DNA of 33,368 bases from an uncultured Gammaproteobacteria bacterium (GTDB taxonomy: Bacteria; Patescibacteriota; Patescibacteriia; 2-12-FULL-60-25). The position numbers and the translations under genes are program-made. The stretch is from contig CAZIQG010000001.1 of the NCBI GenBank assembly GCA_964541725.1, positions 1-33,368 of the forward strand, given 5' to 3'. Of the stretch, positions 8,859 to 18,127 are shown in pieces (within the stretch, counting starts at the first letter, position 1; the number at the start of each line of letters is the position of its first letter). The notes beneath the pieces are model-generated. The model was given only the letters and a program-made list of their open reading frames with translations. It was not told the DNA's origin and made no database searches.

Positions 8859-8979
8859 GAACCTCATAAATTTGGATGAAGACCGAGGCGGAGTCGAGGA
8901 GCAGAATAAGCCGTATCTAAACATACGGCATTGAGCACCGCAGAATCCAACGAAGGTATTCGCCAAATTTATGAGGTTC
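8859..8979 (+). ncRNA. candidate structured RNA / palindromic element, copy A
   Basis: Four nested helices: P1 8859-8875/8963-8979, P2 8878-8884/8955-8961, P3 8890-8895/8943-8948, P4 8910-8916/8923-8929. It aligns end to end with 16666-16787, with compensatory changes in the stems and identical loops. It ends 2 nt before tRNA-Leu. Confidence 0.6.
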
Positions 8980-8981
8980 GT

Positions 8982-9068
8982 GGGCGAGTGGCGGAACTGG
9001 TAGACGCACTGGTTTCAGGTACCAGCGATCGCAAGGTCATGAGGGTTCGAGTCCCTCCTCGCCCACCA
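8982..9068 (+). tRNA. tRNA-Leu (anticodon CAG), class II with long variable arm, CCA encoded
   Basis: Acceptor GGGCGAG/CTCGCCC, anticodon stem CTGGT/ACCAG with loop TTCAGGT (CAG), variable arm GATC-GCAA-GGTC, T arm GAGGG-TTCGAGT-CCCTC, discriminator A followed by CCA. Confidence 0.92.
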
Positions 9069-9072
9069 CGTA

Positions 9073-9102
9073 AAAAGCCCCGCTTCATGGCGGAGGCTTT
9101 TT
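9073..9102 (+). terminator. intrinsic terminator after tRNA-Leu
   Basis: AAAGCCCCGC / loop TTCATG / GCGG(A)GGCTTTTT, a stem with one bulged A followed by a T-run. Confidence 0.55.
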
Positions 9103-9168
9103 ACGTAGCCCAGTGAAATGCCTGCATTTTTTACGGGGCACTATAAAAAGCCCACATCCTTTTTTTAG

Positions 9169-11046
9169 TTATCTCCACTTCCAATCCGTCTCAATATACC
9201 AACTGTTGGCCTGCAATAAACGGTCCGAAGGTTTGCTCAGTCGCATTGGTTGTACCCCCTTCACATCTTGTGAAATAAGATACGCGTACGCAGGGCGCAG
9301 CAAGAATAGCGCCGGTGTCTGTTTTAAAATCGCTTGTGAAAGTGTCTGACGCGCTGATTCTAAGCCAAGCGTCGTCGTGGCGGATTGTATTCCTTCTAAA
9401 GCTTTATCAACCTCGCGATCTGCTAAGTTCGCCAAATTCAATCCTTGATTGGTGATCTGGGTACTTGCCCAAAACGGAGAAATATCTTGTGTAGGAGGAA
9501 GAAGGACGTTCCAAACCAAGACTTGGTAGTCTCGTTTGTCTAACGCTTGCCGCAATAGATCACTTGCGGGATGAACGCGCATCTCAACACGCGCCCCAAT
9601 CAACGACCAGCGACGTTTAAGGAGTTCCGCAACCTTGATGAGGTCGGCTTGGTCAGGTAAATCAATCGTAATCGCAAGTTCTGTTGAACTCGCGGCAGGC
9701 TTAGGAGGAGTAGCGGTCGTCGTCCCACGTGTTGGAGTGGTCGGAGCTTCGTACGAGCGTATAGATCCATTCGCGGGTAAACGCCAGCCTAAACTATTCA
9801 AAAGGACACGCGCACCATCTAGGTCGCCTGCTTGTGTAGAGGTTGCGTCCAAAAAAGGAAATGGTGAGCTTGCGACCTTTGCATTCGAGCCAATCAAGTC
9901 TTGCAGTTCGCGTCGATCAATCGCCATGTCTAATGCCTGACGAATACGCACATCCTTTAATAACGAATCTTTTACGTTAAAAAACGCAATCGTTTCCTGA
10001 GGAAGTTCTACCGTCGAACTTTGAATATTGCCGTGCTTGATGTCCGCCAAATCCTTCCAAGGCACAAACGCCACCGCGTCTACTTGGTTCGTTTGCAACG
10101 CTTCATGCGCCTGAGGACGGTCTCCATAAAAACGGAACTGCCAGGTATCGATATAGGGCGCGTAGCCGTAGTACTGAGGAAAGCGCGTGAGGGTAAAGCT
10201 TAAGACATTGCCTTTGGCATCGCGTTTCAAAGATTCTAAGCGATACGGCCCTGACCCAATTGGTTTAAGATTTGCTTCTGCAAGGGCTGCTGTTGCTCCT
10301 TGCGTTCCTTCCCAGACATGTGTCGGCAAGATGCCAAGCGTGAGCTCCATGAGCAAATTTGGATTCGGTGCTCCCAATTGAAATTGGATCGTCGATTCAT
10401 CAACGCGAATCACTTGTTGCAAGCCCTTAAATCCATTCGTCAGCGGACTGCGCCAGCTTGGATCAAGCACCCGTTGATAGGTAAAAATCACGTCATCTGC
10501 CGTGACAGGAACGCCATCATGAAAGCGTGCATCTTTACGTAAACCTACTTCCAACATCTTCCCGTCTTCGCTCCAGCGATAGGTTTGAACGAGATCGGGC
10601 TCAGGTTCTAGATTTGGATTTACCCGAAATAAGCCAGAATAGATCAGAGCGCACAAATCGCGATCGACGTCGTTCAACGGAGCGTAGAGCGGGTTAATGA
10701 GGCGCGGACTACCAATTAATGCTTCGGTCATGGTTCCTCCGTGGGCCGGGACACGCATAACATGCGGACGGATAAGCAGGGCAGATCCTGCCCCCAAGGC
10801 AACCATCATAACCACAACGCTGACCCAAAAGAGAGTGGCTTCACGTCCTTTTAGGACATGGTGTAGATGCCGTAGCTTGCGCCAATTCGTCGTGTCAGAC
10901 TCTTTTACCGCCAAAACAAGCGCATGGTCATGATGCGCGTGGGGTTGAAACTCTTTGGAACCGGTCTTCGTTTGCTGCCAAAAAAACAGGCGCTGCCACC
11001 ACGTGCGGAGGGTAGAAAGCCAGTTGGACATGGGAAATAAAGTCAA
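9169..11046 (-). CDS. ABC transporter substrate-binding protein, family 5 (peptide/nickel type), N-terminally membrane-anchored
   Basis: SBP_bac_5-like body (FHDGVPVTADDVIFTYQRVLDP, about 530 aa) preceded by the TM helix LFWVSVVVMMVALGAGSALLI. The start is TTG at 11046 or ATG at 11031. Confidence 0.8.
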   Translation of the reverse strand: MTLFPMSNWLSTLRTWWQRLFFWQQTKTGSKEFQPHAHHDHALVLAVKESDTTNWRKLRHLHHVLKGREATLFWVSVVVMMVALGAGSALLIRPHVMRVPAHGGTMTEALIGSPRLINPLYAPLNDVDRDLCALIYSGLFRVNPNLEPEPDLVQTYRWSEDGKMLEVGLRKDARFHDGVPVTADDVIFTYQRVLDPSWRSPLTNGFKGLQQVIRVDESTIQFQLGAPNPNLLMELTLGILPTHVWEGTQGATAALAEANLKPIGSGPYRLESLKRDAKGNVLSFTLTRFPQYYGYAPYIDTWQFRFYGDRPQAHEALQTNQVDAVAFVPWKDLADIKHGNIQSSTVELPQETIAFFNVKDSLLKDVRIRQALDMAIDRRELQDLIGSNAKVASSPFPFLDATSTQAGDLDGARVLLNSLGWRLPANGSIRSYEAPTTPTRGTTTATPPKPAASSTELAITIDLPDQADLIKVAELLKRRWSLIGARVEMRVHPASDLLRQALDKRDYQVLVWNVLLPPTQDISPFWASTQITNQGLNLANLADREVDKALEGIQSATTTLGLESARQTLSQAILKQTPALFLLRPAYAYLISQDVKGVQPMRLSKPSDRLLQANSWYIETDWKWR

Positions 11047-11080
11047 AAGGACGTACCTGACCGCTTGAACCCGGGAATCT

Positions 11081-11302
11081 TTACGCCAATACCAAATTCA
11101 AGATGGCCGTGCCAATGAATAAGCACACGAGCGCGATCGTTGCGTAAAATAAGCCTTTTTCTAAGCCGCGTTTTGTGCGAAAGACATTGCCATCGCCACC
11201 AAAAGCCACCCCTAAGCCAGAGCTACGTTGCTGGAGTAAAATCGCCGCCGACAACAAGACGGAGATCAGGATCATGGCTACCGCCAAAATGGTTTGTCGC
11301 AT
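11081..11302 (-). CDS. secG: preprotein translocase subunit SecG
   Basis: 73 aa with two TM helices and the central LLQQRSSGLGVAFGG...FRTKRGLEK motif typical of SecG. Confidence 0.8.
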   Translation of the reverse strand: MRQTILAVAMILISVLLSAAILLQQRSSGLGVAFGGDGNVFRTKRGLEKGLFYATIALVCLFIGTAILNLVLA

Positions 11303-11342
11303 AACACAGAAACGTTACCCTGAAGAGACGGATAGGTCAATG

Positions 11343-11371
11343 TTCACGTGAGCGTGGGCGGATGCTATACT
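11343..11371 (+). promoter_or_regulatory. candidate promoter of the dsbA-like / Cys-rich protein operon (near-leaderless)
   Basis: TTCACG (11343-11348), 17-nt spacer ending in TGC (extended -10 TG), TATACT (11366-11371). The ATG at 11382 is only about 4-5 nt past the predicted start site. Confidence 0.45.
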
Positions 11372-11381
11372 CAGGGCGATT

Positions 11382-12113
11382 ATGTCCTTTCGTGTGAGCG
11401 GGTGGGGTCTTATGAAATGGGGAGTGGTCGCCCTCTTTGCCCTTTTGGTTACTTGGTTTGGCTATTATCTTGTCCAGTACTATCGAGCGATTCGCTCCGG
11501 CGACTCCAATCCCTTACTAGACCAGCGGTTAGAGGCTTCCCTCAGTTCCGCCATCGCGAACCAGCAGGTAACGGAAGAAGATCTCCTTCGCCTGCAACCA
11601 ACCTCCGCCCCCGCCATTGGAAATCCAGCCGCCAAACTTGTTATCGTAGAATTCGTAGATTTTGGCTGCCCCTATTGCCGCGATTCCTTCCCTGCGGTGC
11701 GTGAACTTATCCAACGCTACCAAGACCAAGTGTATTTTATTGCACGCGATTTCCCTGTCGACTCCCTTCATCCCCGGGCCACCGCCACCGCTCTCGCCGC
11801 TCGTTGTGCACATGAACAAGGGTTATACTGGCCTTATCACGATAAATTATTTACTACTCAAGATAAACAAGAAGACGAAGATCTTCGTCGCTATGCGCAA
11901 GAAGTAGGCGCGAACATTTCTTCCTTCGACCAATGTTACAAAGAAAAACGCTACCAAGACCGTATCCAGGGAGAGATCGCGGATGGCTTGCGCGCAGGCG
12001 TCGAAGGCACACCCACCTTTTTCTTTAACGGCATTCGCATTCAAGGGGCGCTCGATACGAAGACGTTGGAATTTTTGATCAAAAAGTTTTTAGCCGCTTC
12101 ATCTTCTTTATAA
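11382..12113 (+). CDS. DsbA-family thiol:disulfide oxidoreductase, membrane-anchored
   Basis: N-terminal TM helix, the thioredoxin-fold active site FGCPYCRD, and a DsbA-like C-terminus (GTPTFFFNG). Confidence 0.8.
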   Translation: MSFRVSGWGLMKWGVVALFALLVTWFGYYLVQYYRAIRSGDSNPLLDQRLEASLSSAIANQQVTEEDLLRLQPTSAPAIGNPAAKLVIVEFVDFGCPYCRDSFPAVRELIQRYQDQVYFIARDFPVDSLHPRATATALAARCAHEQGLYWPYHDKLFTTQDKQEDEDLRRYAQEVGANISSFDQCYKEKRYQDRIQGEIADGLRAGVEGTPTFFFNGIRIQGALDTKTLEFLIKKFLAASSSL

Positions 12114-12115
12114 TT

Positions 12116-13690
12116 ATGCCGTCTTTTAAGCGCTTCGCTGCCTTGTTTCTCCTGATATTCAGCGTATCGGGCAGTGTACTCCCATCGTTGGCATGGGCTC
12201 GTGGTTGCGCGATTACGTGTGTATCCGGTTCTCGGACGCAGGTGGTCAATAGTACGAGCATGGCGACTGACGCGGATTGTCAGAAGTTATGCACGGGCGC
12301 ACCCGCCCAAGGCACAACACCAGCCGTCGTATCTGCATGTAATAGTCTACGTCCCGCGGGATATACGTGTCGGGGGCCCGCCGTTTTTACCCCTGATGGA
12401 ACCGATCCAAGTTCGCCCGTTTGTTCGTGTACCTGTGTCCCTGCCGCAGGCGCTCAAGGCAGTCCTGTGACCGTACAAACAAACGACCATTGTCCAACGA
12501 TCACCGTAGCCTCACCCGCTTGTGTGCAGAGTTGCGCGGCTCGCTGTGCCAGCCCAACCGCCCCCGTGACCGCAGGCATGCGTCCTGATCCAGCCCGCCA
12601 GCCAAGCTGTGTTGCGCCTACGGGAGCGACAACGCCGACCGTTCCCACCCCACCTGTCAACCAAGTAGACGCTCCAGCCTCGGCTAGCCGTGATGCCGTT
12701 CCGCTCACGCTCGCACAACCAATTGATGGCGTGACAGTCGTAAGTGATCTTGGGGGCTATATCGCCCTGGTGTATCGCTATGTGATTGGTCTCGCAGGCA
12801 CCGCCGCAGTCATTATGATTGTCTACGGGGGCTTCCGGTATCTGCTCGGATCTGCAATGGATGATGTCGCAGCTGGTAAAACCATTATTCAAGATGCGGT
12901 CATCGGTCTTCTCCTCGTTTTAGGTTCGTACTTCATTTTATCAACCGTCAACCCGAACACACTCTCGCTTAAATTACCAAATATCCAACCCATAACTCCT
13001 AAGGCGGTTCCGGTTGCAACCCAGGTAGCGGTGACACGGACAGTTTTTAATCTCCCACAGAACGCCGCCGTGCCGCTCGGAGGCTCGCTGGTGCAGTGCG
13101 CAACCTGTACGGGAGAAGAATGCAGGGGGCGTATGGCGGCGTGTCCGCAAGGAGGACGATGTCTCATTGCACCCACTCAGACAATTCAGGGAGTTTGCCC
13201 ACGTTTTGGTCAGTCATGCATGTACCTCGCCTCAACCCCAGAAGCTCCCAGTACCGGCGAATCGATCTGTGCAAATCCGCATGCGGGTAATTTAAGACCC
13301 TGCGTCATTGATAGCGATTGCGATGGTACCCCATCGAATCCGGCAGCCTGTCTTTACTTTCAACACAATCAAGGAGTCTGTACACGTGGAAGAGTGGGTG
13401 ATTCGTGTCGGTGTGCGGGCAACGGCTGTCGTGTCGCCACAGGAGGGTTGCTTAGTCGACCAACCAATAATGGAGCCACGGATGCATTTCCATGTGTCCA
13501 AGGGCTAACGTGTATATTTCGTAGAGAATTAGTCTCTAGTCGCGACTCAGGTGGGGCGACGGTATATAGAACCAATGGCTCTTGGCACTGTGAAGATATA
13601 GATGCCTTACGCCAAGCTGCCGCTACTACCACACCTGCGGTAGCTCCCGCTCCTGCGCCTACTCCCGCTGCCCCTGCCCCCGCGCGCTAA
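12116..13690 (+). CDS. secreted Cys-rich protein with a central VirB2/TrbC-like (T4SS-pilin-like) two-TM hairpin
   Basis: Signal peptide (FAALFLLIFSVSGSVLPSLAWA). There are 14 Cys before and 18 Cys after the hairpin GGYIALVYRYVIGLAGTAAVIMIVYGGFRYLLGS...GKTIIQDAVIGLLLVLGSYFILSTVNP. The gene starts 2 nt after the dsbA-like stop. Confidence 0.6.
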   Translation: MPSFKRFAALFLLIFSVSGSVLPSLAWARGCAITCVSGSRTQVVNSTSMATDADCQKLCTGAPAQGTTPAVVSACNSLRPAGYTCRGPAVFTPDGTDPSSPVCSCTCVPAAGAQGSPVTVQTNDHCPTITVASPACVQSCAARCASPTAPVTAGMRPDPARQPSCVAPTGATTPTVPTPPVNQVDAPASASRDAVPLTLAQPIDGVTVVSDLGGYIALVYRYVIGLAGTAAVIMIVYGGFRYLLGSAMDDVAAGKTIIQDAVIGLLLVLGSYFILSTVNPNTLSLKLPNIQPITPKAVPVATQVAVTRTVFNLPQNAAVPLGGSLVQCATCTGEECRGRMAACPQGGRCLIAPTQTIQGVCPRFGQSCMYLASTPEAPSTGESICANPHAGNLRPCVIDSDCDGTPSNPAACLYFQHNQGVCTRGRVGDSCRCAGNGCRVATGGLLSRPTNNGATDAFPCVQGLTCIFRRELVSSRDSGGATVYRTNGSWHCEDIDALRQAAATTTPAVAPAPAPTPAAPAPAR

Positions 13691-13789
13691 TAGGTTGTCC
13701 TCTTGCTCATTGTGGCGAAACATGATAGTCTCGCCGCCAACATGCCTAAACGTTCTGCTTCTCCAAGTCACGGCTTCGGAGACCGCTCC

Positions 13790-16660
13790 ATGATTTCCAT
13801 CAAAGGAGCTCGGGTTCATAATCTAAAAAACATCTCGATTGATCTTCCAAAGGGAAAATTCATCGTGGTAACAGGTCTTTCTGGCTCAGGAAAGTCTTCA
13901 TTGGCGTTTGATACCATTCATGCCGAAGGTCAACGCCGTTACATGGAGAGTCTCTCCTCGTATGCGCGGCAATTTTTGGAATTGCAAGATAAGCCGGATG
14001 TTGATGAGATCACCGGTCTCTCACCGACGATCGCCATCGATCAAAAATCAGCTTCCAATAACCCCCGTTCTACGGTTGGAACCGTAACGGAGATTTACGA
14101 TTTTTTACGTATCCTCTTCTCCCGTGCCGGTCGTGCCCACTGTGTGAAATGTCATTCACCCGTCATGGAACAGCCACCACGAGCGATCGCAGAAAAGGTT
14201 TTAAGCCTTACCCACTCATCGGCGATCATTTTACTCGCCCCCATGGTGCGTGAACAAAAAGGCGAGCACAAAGTTGTCTTGCAAGCCGCGCGCAATGCAG
14301 GCTATCGCGAAGTTCGTTTTGACGGCACGCTCGTAGACATCGATGAATTGCTTCGTACGCGCATCGACAAAACAAAAGAGCACACGATTGAGGTCATCAT
14401 CACCAAGCTCGATCAAAACACGAGCATGGTGATTGAGCCCTTGCTCGAAACCGTTAAACAAGCCCTTGAGCTCGGCAACGGTCTTCTCATGGCGCTTGTC
14501 GAAGAAACAGGAGAAGACATGTTGTTTTCGCAGTCCCTCTTTTGTGCTCACTGTAATATTTCCCTCCCAAGTCTTGAACCGCGTCTCTTCTCCTTCAATT
14601 CCCCTCACGGCGCCTGTCCTGCCTGTACCGGTCTTGGCACCAAACTCGTCTTAGAGCCGGATTTAGTGATTCCAAACAAGCGTCTCACGATTGCGCAAGG
14701 AGCCATCAAACCGCTCACGCGCATCGCAGGCAATCAAAACGGCCAATTAAAATTATTAGAACGCGTCGGAGAAAAACATGGATTTTCCGTGCACGAACCG
14801 GTCGCCAGCTTCTCCGCCAAAGCCTTACGTGTCCTCATGGATGGAACCGGTGACACCGCCTACGATATTGAAGGGAAGACCATGCGCTTTGGTGGCCTGG
14901 TCGCCATGTTGGAAGAAAAATACAAAGATACAGATTCTGAATACGTGCAAAAAGAGATAGAGGCTTACATGCGCGTTCTCACCTGTCCAAATTGTGAGGG
15001 CAAACGTCTTCGTCCGGAAGCGCTTGGCGTAACGGTCGCCGATAAGTCGATTGCGGATATCGTCTCTGTTCCATTAGACGATACGATCTCCTTCTTCAAA
15101 GGTTTGGGTCGCGGCCCCGTCAAAGTCCGCCCTTCGAAAATCGCGCGCATCAAGGCAACCAAGGAGGTCGATTCTCAGGGCTTCACCGAACGTGAGCGTC
15201 TCGTGGTTGATCAAATCTCCACCGAAATTTCTCGTCGCTTGCAAAACCTCATCGACGTGGGATTGAACTATCTCACTCTCGATCGTTCCGCGATGTCCCT
15301 CTCCGGTGGAGAAGCGCAACGTGTTCGTTTAGCGGCTCAACTCGGTTCAGAATTATCCGGCGTCATTTATATTTTGGATGAGCCTTCCATCGGACTCCAC
15401 TCCCGCGACAATGATAAACTCATCGCGACCATTAAACGTCTGCGTGATTTAGGTAATACCGTCATCGTTGTCGAACACGACGAAGCCATCATTCAAGCCG
15501 CCGACTATGTCGTTGACGTCGGTCCGGGGGCAGGGGAGTACGGCGGAGAAATTATTGCCGAAGGCACGCTCGCCGACATCAAACGTTCCAAAGAGTCCAC
15601 GACGGGCGCCTATCTGAGTGGCCGCCAATCAATTGCTCGTCCCAAAGTCCGTCGCCGTGGCAATGGGAAAGCGCTCATGATCAAGGGTGCCACCGCCTTC
15701 AATCTCAAAAACGTCGACGTCAGCATTCCGCTTGGTCGCTTCGTATGTGTCACGGGGGTATCTGGTTCTGGAAAATCCACCCTCGTCTTAGATATTTTAG
15801 GTCGCGCCCTCTCCTCGCATTTCTACGGAGCCAAAGATCCAGTTGCCGCCCACAAAACCATCGACGGCATCGACTGCCTCGACAAGATCGTATCTGTCGA
15901 CCAATCTCCAATCGGCCGTACGCCACGCTCCAACCCAGCCACCTACACGGGTCTCTTCACCATTATCCGCGATCTCTTCACCGAAATTCCAGAAGCCAAG
16001 ATGCGCGGCTTTGATGCGGGAAAATTCTCCTTCAACGTCAAAGGTGGCGGACGCTGTGAACCCTGTGGCGGAGATGGTTATGTTCAAATCTCGATGCAGT
16101 TCTTACCTGATGTCTACGTCGAATGCAGTGAGTGCCACGGTCGTCGCTACAATTCCGAAGCCTTAGAAATCCACTGGCGCGGCAAAAACATCGCCGACAT
16201 TCTCGACATGACCGTCGAAGAATCCCGCCGCTTCTTTGTCGATCAACCCCTCATTTACGAAAAGCTTTCGGTCCTCCACGAAGTCGGTCTCGGCTATGTA
16301 AAACTCGGCCAACCTGCCACGACATTATCTGGCGGTGAAGCACAGCGTGTGAAATTAGCGACAGAGCTTTCTCGTCGTGCCACCGGCAAAACCCTCTACA
16401 TCCTTGATGAGCCAACCACCGGTCTGCACTTCGACGATATCAAACGTCTCTTGATCGTCTTGAATGCGCTCGTCGATAAAGGCAACACGGTCCTCGTAAT
16501 TGAGCACAACATGGACATCATCAAATCCGCCGACTGGGTCATTGACGTCGGTCCTGAAGGCGGTGTCTACGGCGGAGAAATCGTGGCACAAGGAGTGCCC
16601 GAAGAAGTCGCCAAAGTGAAGGGCAGTTGGACCGGGAAATACTTAAAAGAAGCATTGTAA
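13790..16660 (+). CDS. uvrA: excinuclease ABC subunit A
   Basis: Two ABC modules (GLSGSGKSS and GVSGSGKST Walker A; LSGGEAQRV signature twice) and zinc-finger Cys clusters ([16 protein letters not shown]). ATG 13790 ([14 protein letters not shown]) has GGAGA 7 nt upstream. The ORF is open from TTG 13703. Confidence 0.93.
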   Translation: MISIKGARVHNLKNISIDLPKGKFIVVTGLSGSGKSSLAFDTIHAEGQRRYMESLSSYARQFLELQDKPDVDEITGLSPTIAIDQKSASNNPRSTVGTVTEIYDFLRILFSRAGRAHCVKCHSPVMEQPPRAIAEKVLSLTHSSAIILLAPMVREQKGEHKVVLQAARNAGYREVRFDGTLVDIDELLRTRIDKTKEHTIEVIITKLDQNTSMVIEPLLETVKQALELGNGLLMALVEETGEDMLFSQSLFCAHCNISLPSLEPRLFSFNSPHGACPACTGLGTKLVLEPDLVIPNKRLTIAQGAIKPLTRIAGNQNGQLKLLERVGEKHGFSVHEPVASFSAKALRVLMDGTGDTAYDIEGKTMRFGGLVAMLEEKYKDTDSEYVQKEIEAYMRVLTCPNCEGKRLRPEALGVTVADKSIADIVSVPLDDTISFFKGLGRGPVKVRPSKIARIKATKEVDSQGFTERERLVVDQISTEISRRLQNLIDVGLNYLTLDRSAMSLSGGEAQRVRLAAQLGSELSGVIYILDEPSIGLHSRDNDKLIATIKRLRDLGNTVIVVEHDEAIIQAADYVVDVGPGAGEYGGEIIAEGTLADIKRSKESTTGAYLSGRQSIARPKVRRRGNGKALMIKGATAFNLKNVDVSIPLGRFVCVTGVSGSGKSTLVLDILGRALSSHFYGAKDPVAAHKTIDGIDCLDKIVSVDQSPIGRTPRSNPATYTGLFTIIRDLFTEIPEAKMRGFDAGKFSFNVKGGGRCEPCGGDGYVQISMQFLPDVYVECSECHGRRYNSEALEIHWRGKNIADILDMTVEESRRFFVDQPLIYEKLSVLHEVGLGYVKLGQPATTLSGGEAQRVKLATELSRRATGKTLYILDEPTTGLHFDDIKRLLIVLNALVDKGNTVLVIEHNMDIIKSADWVIDVGPEGGVYGGEIVAQGVPEEVAKVKGSWTGKYLKEAL

Positions 16661-16665
16661 TAGAC

Positions 16666-16787
16666 AAGAGCCTACAAATTTGGATGAAGAGCGAGGCGCA
16701 GGTGAGGAGTGGAGTAAACCGTATTAAACATACGGTGTCGAGCACCGCAACCTGCAACGAAGCTATTCGCCGAATTTGTAGGCTCTT
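16666..16787 (+). ncRNA. candidate structured RNA / palindromic element, copy B
   Basis: P1 16666-16683/16770-16787 (18 bp including one T:G wobble at 16681:16772), P2 16686-16692/16762-16768, P3 16698-16703/16750-16755, P4 16718-16724/16730-16736. It begins 6 nt after the uvrA stop. Confidence 0.6.
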
Positions 16788-16796
16788 ATAAAAATA

Positions 16797-16839
16797 ACGA
16801 GCCCCGTGCGAGGTCTTCTGTTTAGGAAGAGGGGCTCGT
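16797..16839 (-). terminator. terminator of the metalloprotease gene
   Basis: ACGAGCCCC...GGGGCTCGT outer stem with an inner TCTTC/GAAGA stem. On the minus strand it is followed by TTATTTTTAT. Confidence 0.55.
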
Positions 16840-16857
16840 ACGGGCGAAAGGAAGAGG

Positions 16858-17925
16858 TTAGTTGTGAAGGGGGACACGTGTCCCCCTTTTAAGTTGATGG
16901 CCAGATGGCGCATCGAGCACCCGCTGCTCGTAGTTGCCGATCCGACCACCGATTCGCCTAACGGACTCAAGTCCGTGCGCGGTCTGTACCGTCGCGACGG
17001 TGTGCATGACTCCACGGTTCCAGAACGACCGACTGCTGACCACCAGGCCGTGTTCCGTCGTTTGCGGCTGCACGCGGGGGTAGCCGAGGACGAGGAGGAG
17101 CGCAGAGGCGGCGTAGAAAGAGGCCGTTGTCGCGGTAGACCGATCTTTTCTAATGAAGAATGCGTAGATAACGAAGATAAGTGCCGTTATACAGATGAAA
17201 AGGCAGACCGATAGCACGACAGTACATGTAAGTGACGCACCCGGCTCACGCGGAGAAGGGGCTGGTCCACTGGCGTATGTCTCTGTAATTGAGGCGATGT
17301 CTGACGGGCCAAGATCTCGCTTGGCGATTTCCCCTGGTTGGGAAGAAGGGAACATCGTAGCGTCTGCGTGGCCAGGGTCCTCTACGAGTCCAAGTGCGTG
17401 GCCAAACTCATGTGTAACCACATTCGGAAAATCATAGAGAGCACCTGGAACCCCCAGCATCGATTCGCCGAGGATGGTAAAGCGGTTACGCTCGCCGTCG
17501 AATATAATGTCTGCGTCCACGACCTCACCCGTTTTAGAATCACGAGTAAGGAGAGTGAGCGCCAGCACCTGACGACCGATGCAGGCACGAGGGAATCCGT
17601 GCCGATAGAATCGGATGCCGTGCTGGTTATTATCACTATCATCATGATAACCGATCGGCCCCGTCTCGCCTGCCTCGATCTGAAAGCGGGGTGCATTTGG
17701 ACTCGCGACTTCCCAGGCATGAGCCGCTTGCGTTACCCATCTCACGGGATCAGATACGGGCGACCCACGAAACGATTCCACATCAACGATGAAGTGGATC
17801 ACATCTGTATTCCAGTGAACGATATTACCACCATCAACCCTGTTCACAGACTGCCCCCATCCAAAGGCGGGGAGAAGGGTGAGACAGAAGAACATGATGC
17901 CTAGGAGGCTGTTTTTGATGCTCAT
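16858..17925 (-). CDS. membrane-anchored zinc metalloprotease (zincin, HEFGHALGLVED)
   Basis: ATG at 17925 is preceded by GGAGAGAG. The product has a signal peptide (MSIKNSLLGIMFFCLTLLPAFGWG), an HExxHxxGxxE/D zincin motif, the TM helix LTCTVVLSVCLFICITALIFVIYAFFI and a cytoplasmic tail. The ORF is open to 17958. Confidence 0.7.
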   Translation of the reverse strand: MSIKNSLLGIMFFCLTLLPAFGWGQSVNRVDGGNIVHWNTDVIHFIVDVESFRGSPVSDPVRWVTQAAHAWEVASPNAPRFQIEAGETGPIGYHDDSDNNQHGIRFYRHGFPRACIGRQVLALTLLTRDSKTGEVVDADIIFDGERNRFTILGESMLGVPGALYDFPNVVTHEFGHALGLVEDPGHADATMFPSSQPGEIAKRDLGPSDIASITETYASGPAPSPREPGASLTCTVVLSVCLFICITALIFVIYAFFIRKDRSTATTASFYAASALLLVLGYPRVQPQTTEHGLVVSSRSFWNRGVMHTVATVQTAHGLESVRRIGGRIGNYEQRVLDAPSGHQLKRGTRVPLHN

Positions 17926-17980
17926 GATGCTCTCTCCGGCTGTTGTTTGAAAGTCCATTGCCCTTTACAGGCAAGAAGGA

Positions 17981-18009
17981 AGCATAGCGCAAAAACCCCC
18001 ATTTGTCAA
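17981..18009 (-). promoter_or_regulatory. near-consensus promoter of the metalloprotease gene
   Basis: On the minus strand: TTGACA (18009-18004), 17-nt spacer, TATGCT (17986-17981). Confidence 0.5.
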
Positions 18010-18127
18010 TCAGAAAAAGCTTAAAAACAGCTAATATTAGCAATAAAAACACCCCACTCAGATGGTCTGCGATACGAAGGTAGGCATCCGAGCGGGGGAA
18101 GGTAGGGAAGAAGGAGCGGAATCGTGT

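Noticed and set aside
8586-8966. 126-aa minus-strand ORF (and the analogous 16539-17015 ORF)
   Set aside because: Both run antisense through the structured repeat copies and intergenic hairpins. They have Cys/Arg/Phe-rich junk-like composition and no start context.
8859-8979. Possible hammerhead ribozyme, group II intron domain V, or retron msr-msd identity for the structured element
   Set aside because: GGATGAAGA does not match the CUGAUGA core. The CCGTAT/ATACGG hairpin lacks the two-helix bulged D5 architecture. No reverse transcriptase gene is nearby.
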